Origin: Alphaproteobacteria bacterium
GTDB lineage: Bacteria > Pseudomonadota > Alphaproteobacteria > 16-39-46
DNA: 64,000 nt
Direction: 5' to 3'
NCBI GenBank assembly: GCA_018401675.1
Contig: JAGYKM010000001.1
Location: forward strand, 105,695 to 169,694
A model generated the notes under the pieces. It did no database searches and was not told the DNA's origin. It worked only from the letters and a program-made list of their open reading frames with translations. Made by a program: the position numbers and the translations under genes. This document shows, piece after piece, positions 12,793 through 24,829 of this stretch (positions within the stretch are counted from its first letter, which is position 1; the number at the start of each line of letters is the position of its first letter).

Positions 12793-13800
12793 ATGAAATT
12801 AAAAATTTTTATGGCATCCCTAGCCGGATTGCTTGTGGCTATGGAGCTTATTCCTCCCGTTGCGTCTGCTATGGAGCAAGATCCCAGCGAACAATCAGAA
12901 CGAGCGCGTCGCCGAGCCCAGGTGCTTGAAGCAGCGGAAAGACGAGCTAGAGCTCTTCAACAACCAACGGCTGATGCTGATGTCGTGACTGAAGATTTCG
13001 CAGTTACGCCGGGTGCATTTGGGTCCCAAGTTCCCGGATTAGGTTCTTTGGCGGTACATGAAGAGCCTTCTGATGATGAGGAATCTCTTCGTGAAGCCAT
13101 TGCGATGTCCTTGGGCGCTGTGGGAGACTTGTCCCTTGCTGCGCGAGATTTATCCGCCGTTGCTTTGGTGCCGTCGATGCCGACGGTGGTTGATCAAGAA
13201 GAGGGAGCTGCCTACTTGGAACCCTCAGCGGCATCCGCCGGATGGCCTGGTCAACGCCCTCTAGCCCCTAGAGATTTGAGTGTTCTTTCGGAGGAAGAGC
13301 AAGTGCAGCGTGCTATGGATGAATCCATGGGGTTGCCTTTAGCTCCAGTCCACAATATTGGTCAAGAACAGACGCGCCAACCAGACGCTCCTTATGAAGA
13401 TATTCTTGTTCCCCAAGGTCCCGTCCATGCTAATGCTCAAACATTGGAGTTGTTATCCCATATTCGAGCCCAAGGAAGGCATGAGGTCGTTAAAGAGTAC
13501 GAACGCGTTACCTCTTTAATAGCCGAAAGTTTATCCGCCGAGGCTGAAGTGGATGCACTGAATGCTTCTGCGATTCAGGACGCTCTTCTTCTCGATGTGC
13601 GAGCTGATATGAGAAGAGCTGCTCAGGAGTTAGGTGTTCAAGGTATCGATTTTCTGGGAGATGAAGGGTTATTGGAGGCCATTGAAGCCGCTCACTTTAC
13701 CCAGGTAATTATTCCGATGCTTAGATCAGAAATGCAGTTTACTTTGGGATTGCGTGAAGAGGAAATAGTGCGGATCATGGGAGATCTTGAGATTCAATAA
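12793..13800 (+). CDS. Secreted/membrane-anchored hypothetical protein with two ubiquitin-interacting-motif (UIM)-like segments; candidate host-interaction effector
   Basis: N-terminal hydrophobic signal 'MKLKIFMASLAGLLVAMELIPPVASA'. UIM-like 'DDEESLREAIAMSLG' and 'SEEEQVQRAMDESMG' match the acidic-x-ϕ-xxAϕxxS pattern. The sequence is rich in A/E/R and acidic residues. Confidence 0.5.
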   Translation: MKLKIFMASLAGLLVAMELIPPVASAMEQDPSEQSERARRRAQVLEAAERRARALQQPTADADVVTEDFAVTPGAFGSQVPGLGSLAVHEEPSDDEESLREAIAMSLGAVGDLSLAARDLSAVALVPSMPTVVDQEEGAAYLEPSAASAGWPGQRPLAPRDLSVLSEEEQVQRAMDESMGLPLAPVHNIGQEQTRQPDAPYEDILVPQGPVHANAQTLELLSHIRAQGRHEVVKEYERVTSLIAESLSAEAEVDALNASAIQDALLLDVRADMRRAAQELGVQGIDFLGDEGLLEAIEAAHFTQVIIPMLRSEMQFTLGLREEEIVRIMGDLEIQ

Positions 13801-13849
13801 GGTCAACGTCAGCTTCTAGGTTGACTTAAAAGACATTAATAAACAAGTT

Positions 13850-13886
13850 CAGGCCGTTTTGGAATATCCCAAAACGGCCTGTTTTT
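13850..13886 (+). terminator. Rho-independent terminator downstream of the UIM-protein gene
   Basis: Sequence caggccgttttgg-aatatccc-aaaacggcctg followed by ttttt. Confidence 0.7.
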
Positions 13887-14152
13887 GTCAGGTGATGGTA
13901 TCGGTTAGTTTCATAGGGTTGGAACTCCCCTTGATATAAAGTAAGGGTATATATGATCGAGCACGCAAAAGACGCGAGTTTGTAAGATAAGGAAGAAAAT
14001 TCTTGAAAGGTTTTTCGATAACTGTTGCATAGGCGGTCGAAACTATGTATTTTGAGGGCAAGTAGTAAAAAAGGCGTAAAAAAGGTGGGCAGTGTCCGCC
14101 TCTTTTTTTTTCTAAGGGTCTTTAAACTATAATAATAGAAAGAGGAAAACGC

Positions 14153-14719
14153 GTGGAGAAAGTAACGCTGTTTCAGGAGCAAATAGGGCCTATGCTTGAG
14201 CAAGCTGGGTATGTGTGTATCCTTATGGAACTCAAGGGGCAAGGCCGAAAGATCTTAGAGGTAAGCATAGAGCGGTTAGATGCAGTGTCTGTGGGAATAA
14301 GAGATTGTGTGGCTGTTACCCGTTTAGTGCAAGCGGCTTTAGAAGAGAAAGATCCTTTTGGGGTCGACTTTTCTATTGAGGTGAGTTCTCCAGGACCCAA
14401 TCGGCCCTTGGTAAGCGCTATTGATTTTGAGAGATTTAAAGGGCAACGTATAAAAATTGTTTTAAAGGAAGCTATTTTTGGGCATAAGGTGTATGAGGGT
14501 ATGCTCCAAGGGCTGAATGACGGCGCAGTGGCTTTAGAAAAAGAGCCAGGTTCCCCAGACCCACAAGAGGGGGGGCAGTGGCCAAGTACAATCCCTCAAA
14601 ATTTTATAAAGAGTGCGTGTTTGGCGCCTCTGTCGGAAAAGAAGCGATCTGAATCCCAACACTCGAAAGGGAATGCTTCTAAAAGTCCATCACGGTTAAC
14701 AAAGGTAAAAGAACGATGA
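14153..14719 (+). CDS. rimP: Ribosome maturation factor RimP
   Basis: 'IEVSSPGPNRPL...FERFKGQRIKI' matches the RimP motif. It heads the conserved rimP-nusA-infB operon. Confidence 0.8.
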   Translation: MEKVTLFQEQIGPMLEQAGYVCILMELKGQGRKILEVSIERLDAVSVGIRDCVAVTRLVQAALEEKDPFGVDFSIEVSSPGPNRPLVSAIDFERFKGQRIKIVLKEAIFGHKVYEGMLQGLNDGAVALEKEPGSPDPQEGGQWPSTIPQNFIKSACLAPLSEKKRSESQHSKGNASKSPSRLTKVKER

Positions 14720-16251
14720 GAGATACGATTTCCACATCTGGTGTGCGTCCCGAATTACTCCAAGCGGCAGAAGTAGCGGCGAGGGAAAAAGGGATTGATC
14801 GTAGCGAAATTATCGCGGCTATGGAATTGGCGATTCAAAAAGCCGCCCGTAGTGTTTATGGTGGTGATCTCGATATCAGAGCGCATATTGATACCAAATC
14901 AGGAGAGATACAGATTTGGCGCTATCGGGAAATTGTACCTGAAGTCGGAGATGATGCCCAGCAAATAACCTTGGAAGAGGCTCAAAAAATAGATCCTGAT
15001 CTGGTTGAAGGGGGCACTTTAAAGGAGCTTTTGCCTCCTATTGAGCTCGGGCGTGTTTCGGCTCAAACGGGCAAGCAAGTTATCGTACAGCACATTCGTG
15101 AAGCCGAGAGAGAGCGCCAGTACATTGAATTTAAGGACCGAGTGGGAGATATCGTAAGTGGTTTGGTAAAGAGGGTAGATTATGGATTCGTTACTGTAGA
15201 TTTAGGAGGCCGTGCAGAGGCTATCTTGAAAAAAGAAGAAGGTATTCCAAGAGAAACTTTCAGGCCTGGAGATCGGATACGAGCATACGTGGTTGATGTC
15301 CAGCGAGAAACCCGAGGACATCAAATATTTTTGTCTAGAACCCATCCGCAATTCATGGCGAAACTATTCATGCAAGAGGTTCCTGAGATCTATGATGGTA
15401 TTATTGAGATACGGTCTGTTTCTAGAGATCCGGGAAGTCGTGCTAAGATTGCCGTAACCACAAATGACTCATCTTTGGATCCAGTAGGATCTTGTGTTGG
15501 AGTGCGAGGGGTGCGGGTACAAGCAGTGGTAAACGAGCTTCAAGGAGAGAAGGTAGATATCATTTTATGGGCTCAAGATCCGTCTACTTTTATTGTTAAT
15601 GCTTTGACTCCTGCAGAGGTGTCTAAGGTAGTGATTGATGAAGAGTCCAGGGCAATTGAGGTGGTTGTTCCTGACGATCAGCTGAGTATTGCTATCGGAC
15701 GGCGTGGTCAAAACGTCCGCTTGGCGTCTATGTTGACGGGGTGGACCATAAACATAACCACTGAGTCAGTTGAGTCTGAGAGGCGGTCCAACGAAATGCG
15801 TGAGCGTACGGCCTTGTTCAAAGATTCATTGGATGTGGATGAAGTTATTGCACATTTGTTGGTCAACGAAGGCTTTAATACTTTGGAAGAGATTGCCTTT
15901 GTGGAAAAAGAAGAGCTTACGGAGATAGAAGGTTTCGATGAAACCATTGCTCAAGAGCTCTCTCAGCGCGCTCAAAAAGCCTTGGAGAAAAAATCTGTGG
16001 CTCAAGAAGAAGAATTGAGCGCTTTGAAAATGTTGCCGGATTTGACAAGCCTTGAAATTTCTTTGGACGTGTTGGTTCCCTTAGCTCGGAAGGGCATTTT
16101 GTCCCGGGAAGATTTAGCGGATCTTGCGGCTGACGAAGTAGTAGAATTGTTGGGTTCAGAGGTGCTCTCCCTCGATGAGGCGCAGGTTTTGATTATGAAG
16201 GCCCGTGCTCATTGGTTTGATGAGGACAATAAACCCAGTGAGAAAAAGTAA
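14716..16251 (+). CDS. nusA: Transcription termination/antitermination factor NusA
   Basis: 511 aa with S1 and KH domains and C-terminal acidic repeats. It overlaps the rimP stop (ATGA) in conserved operon order. Confidence 0.9.
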   Translation: MRDTISTSGVRPELLQAAEVAAREKGIDRSEIIAAMELAIQKAARSVYGGDLDIRAHIDTKSGEIQIWRYREIVPEVGDDAQQITLEEAQKIDPDLVEGGTLKELLPPIELGRVSAQTGKQVIVQHIREAERERQYIEFKDRVGDIVSGLVKRVDYGFVTVDLGGRAEAILKKEEGIPRETFRPGDRIRAYVVDVQRETRGHQIFLSRTHPQFMAKLFMQEVPEIYDGIIEIRSVSRDPGSRAKIAVTTNDSSLDPVGSCVGVRGVRVQAVVNELQGEKVDIILWAQDPSTFIVNALTPAEVSKVVIDEESRAIEVVVPDDQLSIAIGRRGQNVRLASMLTGWTINITTESVESERRSNEMRERTALFKDSLDVDEVIAHLLVNEGFNTLEEIAFVEKEELTEIEGFDETIAQELSQRAQKALEKKSVAQEEELSALKMLPDLTSLEISLDVLVPLARKGILSREDLADLAADEVVELLGSEVLSLDEAQVLIMKARAHWFDEDNKPSEKK

Positions 16252-16323
16252 TGAGATTGCCCCATGTAGAATAACAGGTGGTAAGTTTAGGTTAGATATT
16301 CCGTCAGGGAAGATGAAGGTATT

Positions 16324-18873
16324 ATGGCAGATCAAGAAGACAATGGGACTCCAAAAGAGACAAATTCTGGGAGTACTTTAACTCTCAATTCATTGGTGGG
16401 GAAAAAAAATCCTTCCCACCAAGTGCGGCAGAGCTTTACCCAAGGTCGTTCTAAGACGGTCACTGTGGAGGTCCGAAAAAAGCGTACCCTCCAAAGAGGT
16501 ATTTCATCTAAAGTAGAACCAGTTCAAACCACTGTTCAGCCCCAATCCGACGCCATTTCGCATCTCAGCACAAAGGAGCAGAAGGCGCGTGAAAAGGCTC
16601 TTCAAGGATCCCTTGAAGAGGCACAGAACAAGGAAGCTGAGGCAGATATTCAGCCCATTGTGGAAAAAGAAGTTTCTATTCCAGATCAAAGTGCTGACGG
16701 AGAAGAGCCGAGTGCGCCAGGTCTTACTTTTCGTGAACGGCAAGTGGATCTTTCTTATAAAAGCACAAACCCCGTAGAACGCATTGAAGCTTCTGAAGAT
16801 CCAGTGGTGACCGACGAGCCTATTTCTATTGTCTCTGAGGACACTCGGAAGAAAGAAAAGAAAGTAGTCTATGGAGAAGATGAGAAGGAAGGTTCTTCCT
16901 CGACTAAGAAAAAAGTAAGAAGAAAAGAGTACGGAGATGAGGAAAATATTAAGGTTGTCCTGCAGCGGTTGGATCTAAATCGATTAGAGGAGCCTTTAGA
17001 AGAGACTGAAGAGGCTGTTCAGAGCCAGACGCGCCGCCGTGCAGCGCCTTTGCCGAGAAGAATGAGGCCTCATACCCGTCACCAGAAGAGTTCCCAGGTT
17101 AAAAAAGAGCATCAAAAAGTGACTAGAGAGGTGATTATTCCAGAATTTATCACCGTCCAAGAGCTTTCAAATCGTATGGCGATTCAAGGCGCTCAAGTGG
17201 TTAAGATGCTGATGAAAATGGGCATGATGGTTTCTATGAACGAGGCCATTGATGGAGATACAGCGGAGCTGGTGGTAACAGAAGAAGGCCATATTCCCAA
17301 GAGAGTCACCGCGTCGGACAGTGATCTCATCGATATGCCCGACGACACAAAAGAGTCTTTGCTGCCTCGTCCTCCTGTAGTCACGGTGATGGGTCACGTG
17401 GATCATGGCAAGACCTCCTTGTTAGACGCATTGCGTAGCACGGATGTGGTGGCGGGAGAAGCTGGAGGAATTACACAGCATATTGGCGCTTATCAAATAA
17501 CTTTAGGCTCGGGTCAGAAAATTTCCTTTATTGATACCCCGGGTCACGCGGCTTTTTCCCAGATGCGCTTACGGGGCGCACAAGCAACAGATATAGTTGT
17601 TTTAGTAGTAGCTGCTGATGATGGTGTTAAAGATCAGACTGTTGAAGCTATTAATCACGCTAAAGCTGCTAATGTTCCTGTAGTGGTCGCAATAAATAAA
17701 TGCGATAAGCCGTCGGCCAACCCCAAGAAGATAAGAGAGGAACTATTATCCCACGAGATCGTTTTGGAAGAATTTGGCGGCGATGTTCTTGCGGTGGAGG
17801 TTTCTGCAAAGAATAAATCAGGATTAGCCGAGCTAGAAGAAGCTATTTTGCTTCAAGCTGAGATACTCCATTTATCGGCGAACCCAGATAGACCTGCGGA
17901 AGGTGTGGTTGTTGAGGCACGATTGGAAAAAGGCCGAGGTCCCGTGGCGACGGTGCTCATAAAGCGAGGTACTTTGAATAAAAGTGATGTTTTTGTGGCT
18001 GGGGGTCATTGGGGCCGTGTGAGATCTATGCATGATGATTTGGGGACTGTGGTGACTCAAGCATTGCCTTCTACTCCAGTAGAAGTGATTGGGTTTAACT
18101 CGCCTCCTAGCGCGGGTGATGTACTTCACGTGGTAGAGAGTGAAGAAAAAGCTCGAGAAATTGCCCAATATCGTCTGCACCGTGAAAAAGAAGCCCGCAA
18201 TCTCAAGACTTTTGGGACCTCTATGGAGCAAATGTTTTCTCGGGTGAAAATGGGTGGGCTCAAGGAGCTTCCTTTGCTGATAAAAACTGATGTGCAAGGG
18301 TCTTTAGAGGCTATACGAACGGCTCTTGAAAAACTAAGCACAGAAGAGGTTGCTGTGAAAGTGATTCATGGTGGCGTGGGAGGTATCCATGAATCTGACG
18401 TGACTTTAGCCTCGGCTTCTAAAGCCATTGTTGTTGGTTTTAACGTGAGGGCCAATGCTCAAGCGCGACAGGTGGCGGACAAAGATAAAACTGAGATCAG
18501 ATATTATTCCATTATCTATGATTTGTTGGATGACCTTAAAAAGACTCTGGGCGGTATGCTCAAGCCTGAACTCAAGGAAACTACTTTGGGGTATGCAGAG
18601 ATTCGTGAGGTGTTCAACATAACCAAAGTAGGTATTGTGGCAGGATGCTATGTGACTGAGGGAACAGTAAAGAGGGGTGCGAGAGTCCGGTTATTGCGTG
18701 ATAATGTGGTCATCCATGAAGGGGTGCTCAAAACCTTGAGACGCTTTAAAGACGAAGTTAAAGAAGTTAAAGAAACTTATGAGTGTGGTATGGCTTTTGA
18801 AAACTACTCGGACATTCGTGTCAAAGATCAAATAGAATGTTTTGAAGTTGAGAGTATTGCTCGTCACTTATAG
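16324..18873 (+). CDS. infB: Translation initiation factor IF-2
   Basis: 849 aa. G-domain '[19 protein letters not shown]', 'DTPGHAAF', 'NKCD', and a C-terminal beta-barrel domain. Confidence 0.95.
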   Translation: MADQEDNGTPKETNSGSTLTLNSLVGKKNPSHQVRQSFTQGRSKTVTVEVRKKRTLQRGISSKVEPVQTTVQPQSDAISHLSTKEQKAREKALQGSLEEAQNKEAEADIQPIVEKEVSIPDQSADGEEPSAPGLTFRERQVDLSYKSTNPVERIEASEDPVVTDEPISIVSEDTRKKEKKVVYGEDEKEGSSSTKKKVRRKEYGDEENIKVVLQRLDLNRLEEPLEETEEAVQSQTRRRAAPLPRRMRPHTRHQKSSQVKKEHQKVTREVIIPEFITVQELSNRMAIQGAQVVKMLMKMGMMVSMNEAIDGDTAELVVTEEGHIPKRVTASDSDLIDMPDDTKESLLPRPPVVTVMGHVDHGKTSLLDALRSTDVVAGEAGGITQHIGAYQITLGSGQKISFIDTPGHAAFSQMRLRGAQATDIVVLVVAADDGVKDQTVEAINHAKAANVPVVVAINKCDKPSANPKKIREELLSHEIVLEEFGGDVLAVEVSAKNKSGLAELEEAILLQAEILHLSANPDRPAEGVVVEARLEKGRGPVATVLIKRGTLNKSDVFVAGGHWGRVRSMHDDLGTVVTQALPSTPVEVIGFNSPPSAGDVLHVVESEEKAREIAQYRLHREKEARNLKTFGTSMEQMFSRVKMGGLKELPLLIKTDVQGSLEAIRTALEKLSTEEVAVKVIHGGVGGIHESDVTLASASKAIVVGFNVRANAQARQVADKDKTEIRYYSIIYDLLDDLKKTLGGMLKPELKETTLGYAEIREVFNITKVGIVAGCYVTEGTVKRGARVRLLRDNVVIHEGVLKTLRRFKDEVKEVKETYECGMAFENYSDIRVKDQIECFEVESIARHL

Positions 18874-18973
18874 TCCTTTAACTGACTTTTGAAAAAGACC
18901 TAATCCCGTTAGTTACAAGAGTCTTGGGAGAGCCAGGCCATCAAAGCTTGGATTTGAAAAAAAAGGGGAAGCT

Positions 18974-19417
18974 ATGGGAGACAGTTTTAAGCCCACCGGA
19001 AAGTCTAAGAGCAAAGAAAAGCTTCTTTATAAAAGCCACGTTCCAGGCAAAGGCGTACGACCTAAGCGAGTAGCAGAAACCATCCGCCAAGCCATTTCGT
19101 CTCTTTTGGTTCAAGGTCGTGTTGAGAACTTACCCTTAGGAGCGTTTATTACCGTAGGTGACGTGGACGTGAGTCCCGATTTAGCTCAAGCGGCAGTGTA
19201 TGTATCATGGTTTGATGAGTCTAAAGAAGGACGAGAGCGTTTGATTATGGAAGCATTGCGTGATGCAGAGCCTATGGTCCGCAATTTTCTGGCCCAAACT
19301 CTGTTATTGCGCCGCGCGCCTAAGGTAACTTTCAAATATGCCGGAACCCAAGAGAGGGTAGAAAACATAGAAGCTTTATTTAGATCTCCGGTGGTTCAAA
19401 AAGATATCAAGGAATAA
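18974..19417 (+). CDS. rbfA: Ribosome-binding factor A
   Basis: 147 aa with KH-like RbfA signatures ('AFITVGDVDVSPDLAQAAVYVS'), located after infB. Confidence 0.8.
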   Translation: MGDSFKPTGKSKSKEKLLYKSHVPGKGVRPKRVAETIRQAISSLLVQGRVENLPLGAFITVGDVDVSPDLAQAAVYVSWFDESKEGRERLIMEALRDAEPMVRNFLAQTLLLRRAPKVTFKYAGTQERVENIEALFRSPVVQKDIKE

Positions 19418-19433
19418 GCATTTTGAATACAGT

Positions 19434-20423
19434 TTGGTGCAAGGATCTATTATGAAGGGACCCGCACCCGTATTAGCGCATCCTGGCGATCAAGAGCCGT
19501 GCGTGCCAGGATGGTTGGTGATTGATAAGCCTTTGGGGCTGTCCTCCTTTGGTGTGGTGGCACGGTGCAAGGGCATTTTGCGGAATGCCTACTATGAAGG
19601 AAAACGCTTTCCTTTAAAGATCGGTCATGGAGGGACATTGGATCCTCTTGCGACGGGGGTATTGCCCATTGCTTTAGGGTGCGCCACTAAGACGATTTCC
19701 ATGGTTATGGATGCCACGAAGACCTATGTGTTTGAGGTAAAATGGGGAGAAGAACGCCTTACGGATGATGCCGAGGGAGAGGTAACTCGGACTTGTTTAT
19801 CCCGTCCTGACAAAAGAGAGATTCTCGAAGCTCTTGAGCATTTTCAAGGCACCATCCTCCAAAGGCCCCCCTTGTTTTGTGCCCTAAAAGTCAATGGCCG
19901 AAGGGCTTATAAAAGTGCGAGAGAGGGACACACGGTTATTTTGAAGGAGCGGTTGGTTGACATTCATGGACTCAGTCTGCTTAAGTGTACTCAAGAAAGT
20001 GCTTGTTTCGAGATTGAGTGTGGAAAAGGCTTTTATATTCGGGCGTTAGCTCGGGATTTAGCTCATTTTCTAGGTACTTGTGGGTATGTGGCGTCTTTGA
20101 GAAGGACGAGAGTTGGGTCTTTTTCCACTGATAATGCTATTTCACTGGATAATCTTGAAAGACTAGGGCATAAGATTACGAGTCAGATTCTTCCATTTGA
20201 TGTGCTGCTGGACGACATCCCGGCTCTTCATGTGGATCAGGATCAAGCAAAGCGATTATACCAAGGGCAAACCATCCGAGGATGCTGGGAAGGTAAGTCT
20301 GGGGTACCCCATGAAGGGGAAGAAGTCGTTGTGATTAAATCCCAAGGTCAAACTTTGGGGATGGGGACGCTGAGAAGATCTCAAGGCTTCCTTCACCTAA
20401 GTCGTGGCTTTAAGGGGGTGTAA
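19434..20423 (+). CDS. truB: tRNA pseudouridine(55) synthase TruB
   Basis: '[19 protein letters not shown]' is the catalytic Asp motif of TruB, with a PUA-like C-terminus. Confidence 0.85.
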   Translation: MVQGSIMKGPAPVLAHPGDQEPCVPGWLVIDKPLGLSSFGVVARCKGILRNAYYEGKRFPLKIGHGGTLDPLATGVLPIALGCATKTISMVMDATKTYVFEVKWGEERLTDDAEGEVTRTCLSRPDKREILEALEHFQGTILQRPPLFCALKVNGRRAYKSAREGHTVILKERLVDIHGLSLLKCTQESACFEIECGKGFYIRALARDLAHFLGTCGYVASLRRTRVGSFSTDNAISLDNLERLGHKITSQILPFDVLLDDIPALHVDQDQAKRLYQGQTIRGCWEGKSGVPHEGEEVVVIKSQGQTLGMGTLRRSQGFLHLSRGFKGV

Positions 20424-20443
20424 CATTTTATACGAGGAGAATT

Positions 20444-20716
20444 TTGATGTCGTTTACAAGAGAAGAAAAACCAAAGATTATCGATAAATATGCCATTAAG
20501 AAGGGCGATACGGGATCTCCTGAAGTTCAAGTAGCGCTTCTAACAGACCGGATTTTGTCCCTTGCGGACCATTTAGAAACTCACAAGAAAGATATGCATT
20601 CTCGCCGCGGGCTTCTCGTTATGGTAGGTCGCAGACGGCGTTTATTAGATTATCTCAAAGCCACAAATACTGAGCGTTATGAGGCTTTGATAGCTTCATT
20701 AGGGTTGCGCCGCTAA
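20444..20716 (+). CDS. rpsO: 30S ribosomal protein S15
   Basis: '[37 protein letters not shown]' is canonical S15. Confidence 0.9.
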   Translation: MMSFTREEKPKIIDKYAIKKGDTGSPEVQVALLTDRILSLADHLETHKKDMHSRRGLLVMVGRRRRLLDYLKATNTERYEALIASLGLRR

Positions 20717-20771
20717 AACTACGTAGCCATATGAATAAATTGCGCCTCCATAGGCGTCACAGAAGGGAAAA

Positions 20772-22895
20772 TTGATGTTTAAATGTGTTAAAGAGGAAAT
20801 TACCTGGGGAGGAAGACCTCTGGTTTTTGAAACTGGTCGTATGGCTCGTCAAGCTGACGGAGCGGTTTTAATGAGTTATGGTGATACGGTGGTCTTATGC
20901 ACTGTGGTTGCTAATAAAAAAGCGACCCCAGGACTCGATTTTTTTCCTCTTTCTGTTCATTATCAAGAAAAAACTTTTTCTGTGGGTCGTATACCAGGTG
21001 GTTTTTTCAAAAGGGAAGGTCGGCCTAGCGAGAAAGCGACCCTTACTTCTCGGTTGATAGACAGGCCTATTCGTCCTCTTTTCCCGAAAGAGTTTAAAAA
21101 TGAAACCCAAGTCGTATGTACAGTTTTAAGTCATGATCATGAAAATGATCCGGACATTGTTGCTTTAATAGGAGCTTCAGCTGCATTAACTCTCTCAGGG
21201 GTTCCTTTTTTGGGCCCTGTGGCCGCCGCTCGGGTAGGATATAAGGACGGTGCTTATATATTGAATCCGAGGATTGACGAACAAGCAGGATCACTTTTGG
21301 ATTTGGTTGTTGCAGGAACCCAAGAAGGGGTTTTAATGGTCGAATCAGAAGCTTATGAGCTCAGTGAAGAAGTGATGTTAGGTGCGGTTTCTTTTGGACA
21401 TAAAGAGATGGAACCGGTCATTGACGCTATTATTCGTTTAGCGGAGAAGGCGGCCAAGGATCCTTGGGATTTAACAGGAGAAGATCCTATTGAACAAGGC
21501 TTGGTTCAAAAAATCCACACTGTGGCGAAGCAAGATCTAGAAAAGGCTTATCAAGAGCGTGAAAAAGGTGAGCGTTATAAAGCTATTGACGCGGTGCGTG
21601 CCAAGCTTCTTGCTGCTTTTATGGAAGACACGGTGGCCGGTCATGTAAAAACCCATACTTTAGAAAAAGAGTTTGAAGTCCTCCGTGAGGAAATTGTTCG
21701 TGGTGCCTTGATTAAAACCGGGATACGTATTGATGGGCGCGACTCTACTACCATTCGGCCTATTGTAGCTGACGTGCATGTTTTGCCCAAAGCCCATGGA
21801 AGCGCTTTGTTTACCCGTGGAGAAACCCAAGCTTTGGTGGTGACCACCTTGGGAACGGGAGAAGATGAGCAAATAATTGATGCTTTGGAAGGCGAATATA
21901 AAGAGAGATTTATGCTTCATTATAACTTTCCGAGTTTTTCTGTGGGAGAAGTGGGACGTATGAGTTCACCAGGTCGGAGAGAAATTGGCCATGGTAAACT
22001 TGCGTGGCGTGCGCTCCGTCCTATGTTGCCAACCAAGGAAAATTTTCCTTATACCATTCGCGTGGTATCAGAAATACTTGAATCCAACGGATCTTCGTCC
22101 ATGGCTACCGTATGTGGTGCTTCATTGGCTTTAATGGACGCGGGTGTTCCTCTTCCATCTCCAGTAGCTGGAATTGCCATGGGATTGGTTAAAGAAGGAA
22201 ATGATGTGGTTATTCTTTCCGATATCTTAGGAGATGAAGATCACTTAGGAGATATGGACTTTAAAGTAGCTGGTACCCAAAAAGGAATAACCGCCTTACA
22301 GATGGATTTAAAAATTACTAGCATTACCGCTGATATTATGGGCAAAGCTTTAGAGCAAGCTCGTCATGGAAGACAACACATCTTGCAAGAAATGAGTAAG
22401 GGGTTGTCCCAAGCCCGAGAAGATGTGAGCGACAATGCGCCTAGAATTCATACGATCATGGTACCTCGGGATAAGATCCGAGACATCATTGGAACGGGCG
22501 GAAAGGTTATCAGAGAGATCACAGAAACCACTGGGGTTAAGATTGATATCACTGATGATGGAACCACCCGGATTTCTGGTATAGATGAAAAATCCATTGC
22601 AGCGGCTCTTGCACGTATTAATGACATCATTGCTGTAGCTGAGGTCGGAAAGATCTATACAGGTAAGGTTGTCAAAACTACAGATTTTGGTGCCTTTGTG
22701 GCCTTTTTAGGGGCTCAACAGGGTCTTGTGCATATTAGTGAGCTTGCAGCCAACCGGGTAGACAAGGTCACTGATGTGGTGAATGTGTCAGATACGGTGA
22801 AGGTTAAGGTGGTGGGTATTGATGATCAAGGACGTGTGCGATTGAGCATCAAAGCTGTTGATGCGCCTACCCCATCTTCTGCAGAAGGAGCCTAA
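20772..22895 (+). CDS. pnp: Polyribonucleotide nucleotidyltransferase (PNPase)
   Basis: 707 aa with two RNase PH domains plus KH and S1 ('[28 protein letters not shown]'). Confidence 0.95.
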   Translation: MMFKCVKEEITWGGRPLVFETGRMARQADGAVLMSYGDTVVLCTVVANKKATPGLDFFPLSVHYQEKTFSVGRIPGGFFKREGRPSEKATLTSRLIDRPIRPLFPKEFKNETQVVCTVLSHDHENDPDIVALIGASAALTLSGVPFLGPVAAARVGYKDGAYILNPRIDEQAGSLLDLVVAGTQEGVLMVESEAYELSEEVMLGAVSFGHKEMEPVIDAIIRLAEKAAKDPWDLTGEDPIEQGLVQKIHTVAKQDLEKAYQEREKGERYKAIDAVRAKLLAAFMEDTVAGHVKTHTLEKEFEVLREEIVRGALIKTGIRIDGRDSTTIRPIVADVHVLPKAHGSALFTRGETQALVVTTLGTGEDEQIIDALEGEYKERFMLHYNFPSFSVGEVGRMSSPGRREIGHGKLAWRALRPMLPTKENFPYTIRVVSEILESNGSSSMATVCGASLALMDAGVPLPSPVAGIAMGLVKEGNDVVILSDILGDEDHLGDMDFKVAGTQKGITALQMDLKITSITADIMGKALEQARHGRQHILQEMSKGLSQAREDVSDNAPRIHTIMVPRDKIRDIIGTGGKVIREITETTGVKIDITDDGTTRISGIDEKSIAAALARINDIIAVAEVGKIYTGKVVKTTDFGAFVAFLGAQQGLVHISELAANRVDKVTDVVNVSDTVKVKVVGIDDQGRVRLSIKAVDAPTPSSAEGA

Positions 22896-22939
22896 GGATT
22901 TTTGTAGTATTATTACTGTCCCTCGAGGTATAGAAAACC

Positions 22940-24337
22940 ATGTCTATTGTATCGCCTCTTTTGTTATCAGGTGCTCAGGTCTTTCCTCTAGTCGAGGGCG
23001 GAAAGGGTGTTGGTGTATCTAATGGTCTAACGGCAGGTGCCTGGGCTAAAGCGGGGGGCGTAGGGACATTTTCTGGAGTTAATGCTGATTTATTGGATGA
23101 TAATGGGGTGTATGTGCCTCTTGTTTATCAAGGCAAAACCCGTCGAGATCGTCATGATGAGATGATTGCCTACTCTATCGAGAGTGGTATTTCTCAGGCT
23201 CGACGTGCTTTTGATGTGGCTGGCGGTGCCGGACGCATCCACATCAATGTCCTGTGGGAAATGGCGGCTGTAGAAAAAGTGCTTCACGGTATTTTGTCTC
23301 GAACCAAGGGCCTGATTCATGGGGTGACTTGTGGTGCAGGTATGCCATATCGTCTGGGAGAAATTGCCGCTCAATACGGGGTTTATTTTTATCCTATTGT
23401 ATCTTCTGGGCGGGCTTTTCGGGCTCTTTGGAAGCGTGCGTATCATAAAACAAAAGACTGGCTGGGTGGCGTGGTATATGAAGATCCTTGGTTGGCAGGA
23501 GGGCATAATGGCCTCAGTAATAGTGAGAACCCTGTAGAACCCCAAGATCCATACCCAAGGGTAGCTGCACTACGCGCCGTGATGAATGAAGCGGGTCTTA
23601 ATCACGTGCCTATAGTGATGGCGGGTGGGGTTTGGTATTTGAGGGATTGGAAAAATTGGATTAACAATGAAGAGCTGGGGCCTATTGCCTTTCAGTTTGG
23701 AACGCGTCCTTTGTTGACTCAAGAAAGTCCTATTTCTGAAGCGTGGAAGAAAAAATTACTGACCTTGAAGCCTGGTGATGTTTATCTCAACGCTTTCAGT
23801 CCCACGGGCTTCTATTCTTCGGCGGTAGATAACGCGTACATTAAAGAACTGAAGGGACGGGCTGATAGGCAGATTGTCTTTTCTGTGGAGCCAAAAGGCG
23901 AGCATTCTACCCCCTTTCCAATTGGGCCACGTCAGCGGTTGGTGTACTTAGTTGAGGGCGATCGTGATCGTGCCCAACAGTGGATGGTCGCAGGGTACAC
24001 TGAGACTCTTAAAACGCCTGATTCTACTTTGATCTTTGTGACGCCGGAAAAAGCCCAAGAAATAAGGCAAGACCAGGTAGATTGTATGGGGTGCTTGAGC
24101 GCTTGCAAGTTTAGTAATTGGGCCCAATCTGAAGAAGGAACCACGGGGAAGAAAGCTGATCCTCGCTCTTTTTGCATTCAAAAAACCCTTCAAGCAATAA
24201 TCCACACGGATGATGTAGAAACTCAGCTTATGTTTGCGGGTCATGGTGCCTATAAATTTGCGTCTGATCCTTTCTACGCCCATGGACATATCCCCACAGT
24301 TCAAGAACTGGTGGATCGGATCTTAACCGGCGACTAA
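22940..24337 (+). CDS. NMO/FabK-family FMN-dependent oxidoreductase (nitronate monooxygenase-like TIM barrel), unusually long at 465 aa
   Basis: The N-terminal 'GGKGVGVSNGLTAGAWAKAGGVGTF' matches the NMO motif 'GGMaggvst.eLaaAVsnAGGlG'. The insertions, length and substrate are unknown. Confidence 0.45.
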   Translation: MSIVSPLLLSGAQVFPLVEGGKGVGVSNGLTAGAWAKAGGVGTFSGVNADLLDDNGVYVPLVYQGKTRRDRHDEMIAYSIESGISQARRAFDVAGGAGRIHINVLWEMAAVEKVLHGILSRTKGLIHGVTCGAGMPYRLGEIAAQYGVYFYPIVSSGRAFRALWKRAYHKTKDWLGGVVYEDPWLAGGHNGLSNSENPVEPQDPYPRVAALRAVMNEAGLNHVPIVMAGGVWYLRDWKNWINNEELGPIAFQFGTRPLLTQESPISEAWKKKLLTLKPGDVYLNAFSPTGFYSSAVDNAYIKELKGRADRQIVFSVEPKGEHSTPFPIGPRQRLVYLVEGDRDRAQQWMVAGYTETLKTPDSTLIFVTPEKAQEIRQDQVDCMGCLSACKFSNWAQSEEGTTGKKADPRSFCIQKTLQAIIHTDDVETQLMFAGHGAYKFASDPFYAHGHIPTVQELVDRILTGD

Positions 24338-24829
24338 GTCTATTTGTTGAAAAATCTCTTTGATCCTCCAAAAAACGCGATTCACAAGCTTGGTGATATA
24401 AGCTTGTGCGTGAGTGTATCCCACACACTAAAAAAGGAGATGGTTATGTGGGGCTAATATGTAAGACAGAACGTAACTCCCAGGTACTTTACTCAGCTAA
24501 CTGGAGAGTGAGGGCATCATAATTCCTATTTAAGTTACTGGCTGGCCTCATAGCTTATGTCTTCAAGCCCAATAAAGTCTCCATTGGCCTCAAAAAACTC
24601 CCGCTTTCAAGGATTGTTTCGTCGAACTCAGATTACTATTTTGCTTGCCCAGGGTTCTTTTTTAATTTCAATAAGAGCCTTCAGCTCTCTCAAATGGTGG
24701 GCGTTGCACAAATCTTACCCTACCACTCGCATAAGTGAAACTTGTGTGACATGTAAGGGTGAGGTAAATTCCAAAATGAGGATAAAAAGAGAGAAGATAC
24801 GATGAGTTGAGGCAACAACTAACCAAAGG

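Noticed and set aside
24384-24409. Perfect 9-bp inverted repeat cacaagctt-N8-aagcttgtg as a rho-independent terminator of the NMO-like gene
   Set aside because: No U-tract follows on either strand. It was kept only as a possible protein-binding palindrome or island boundary.
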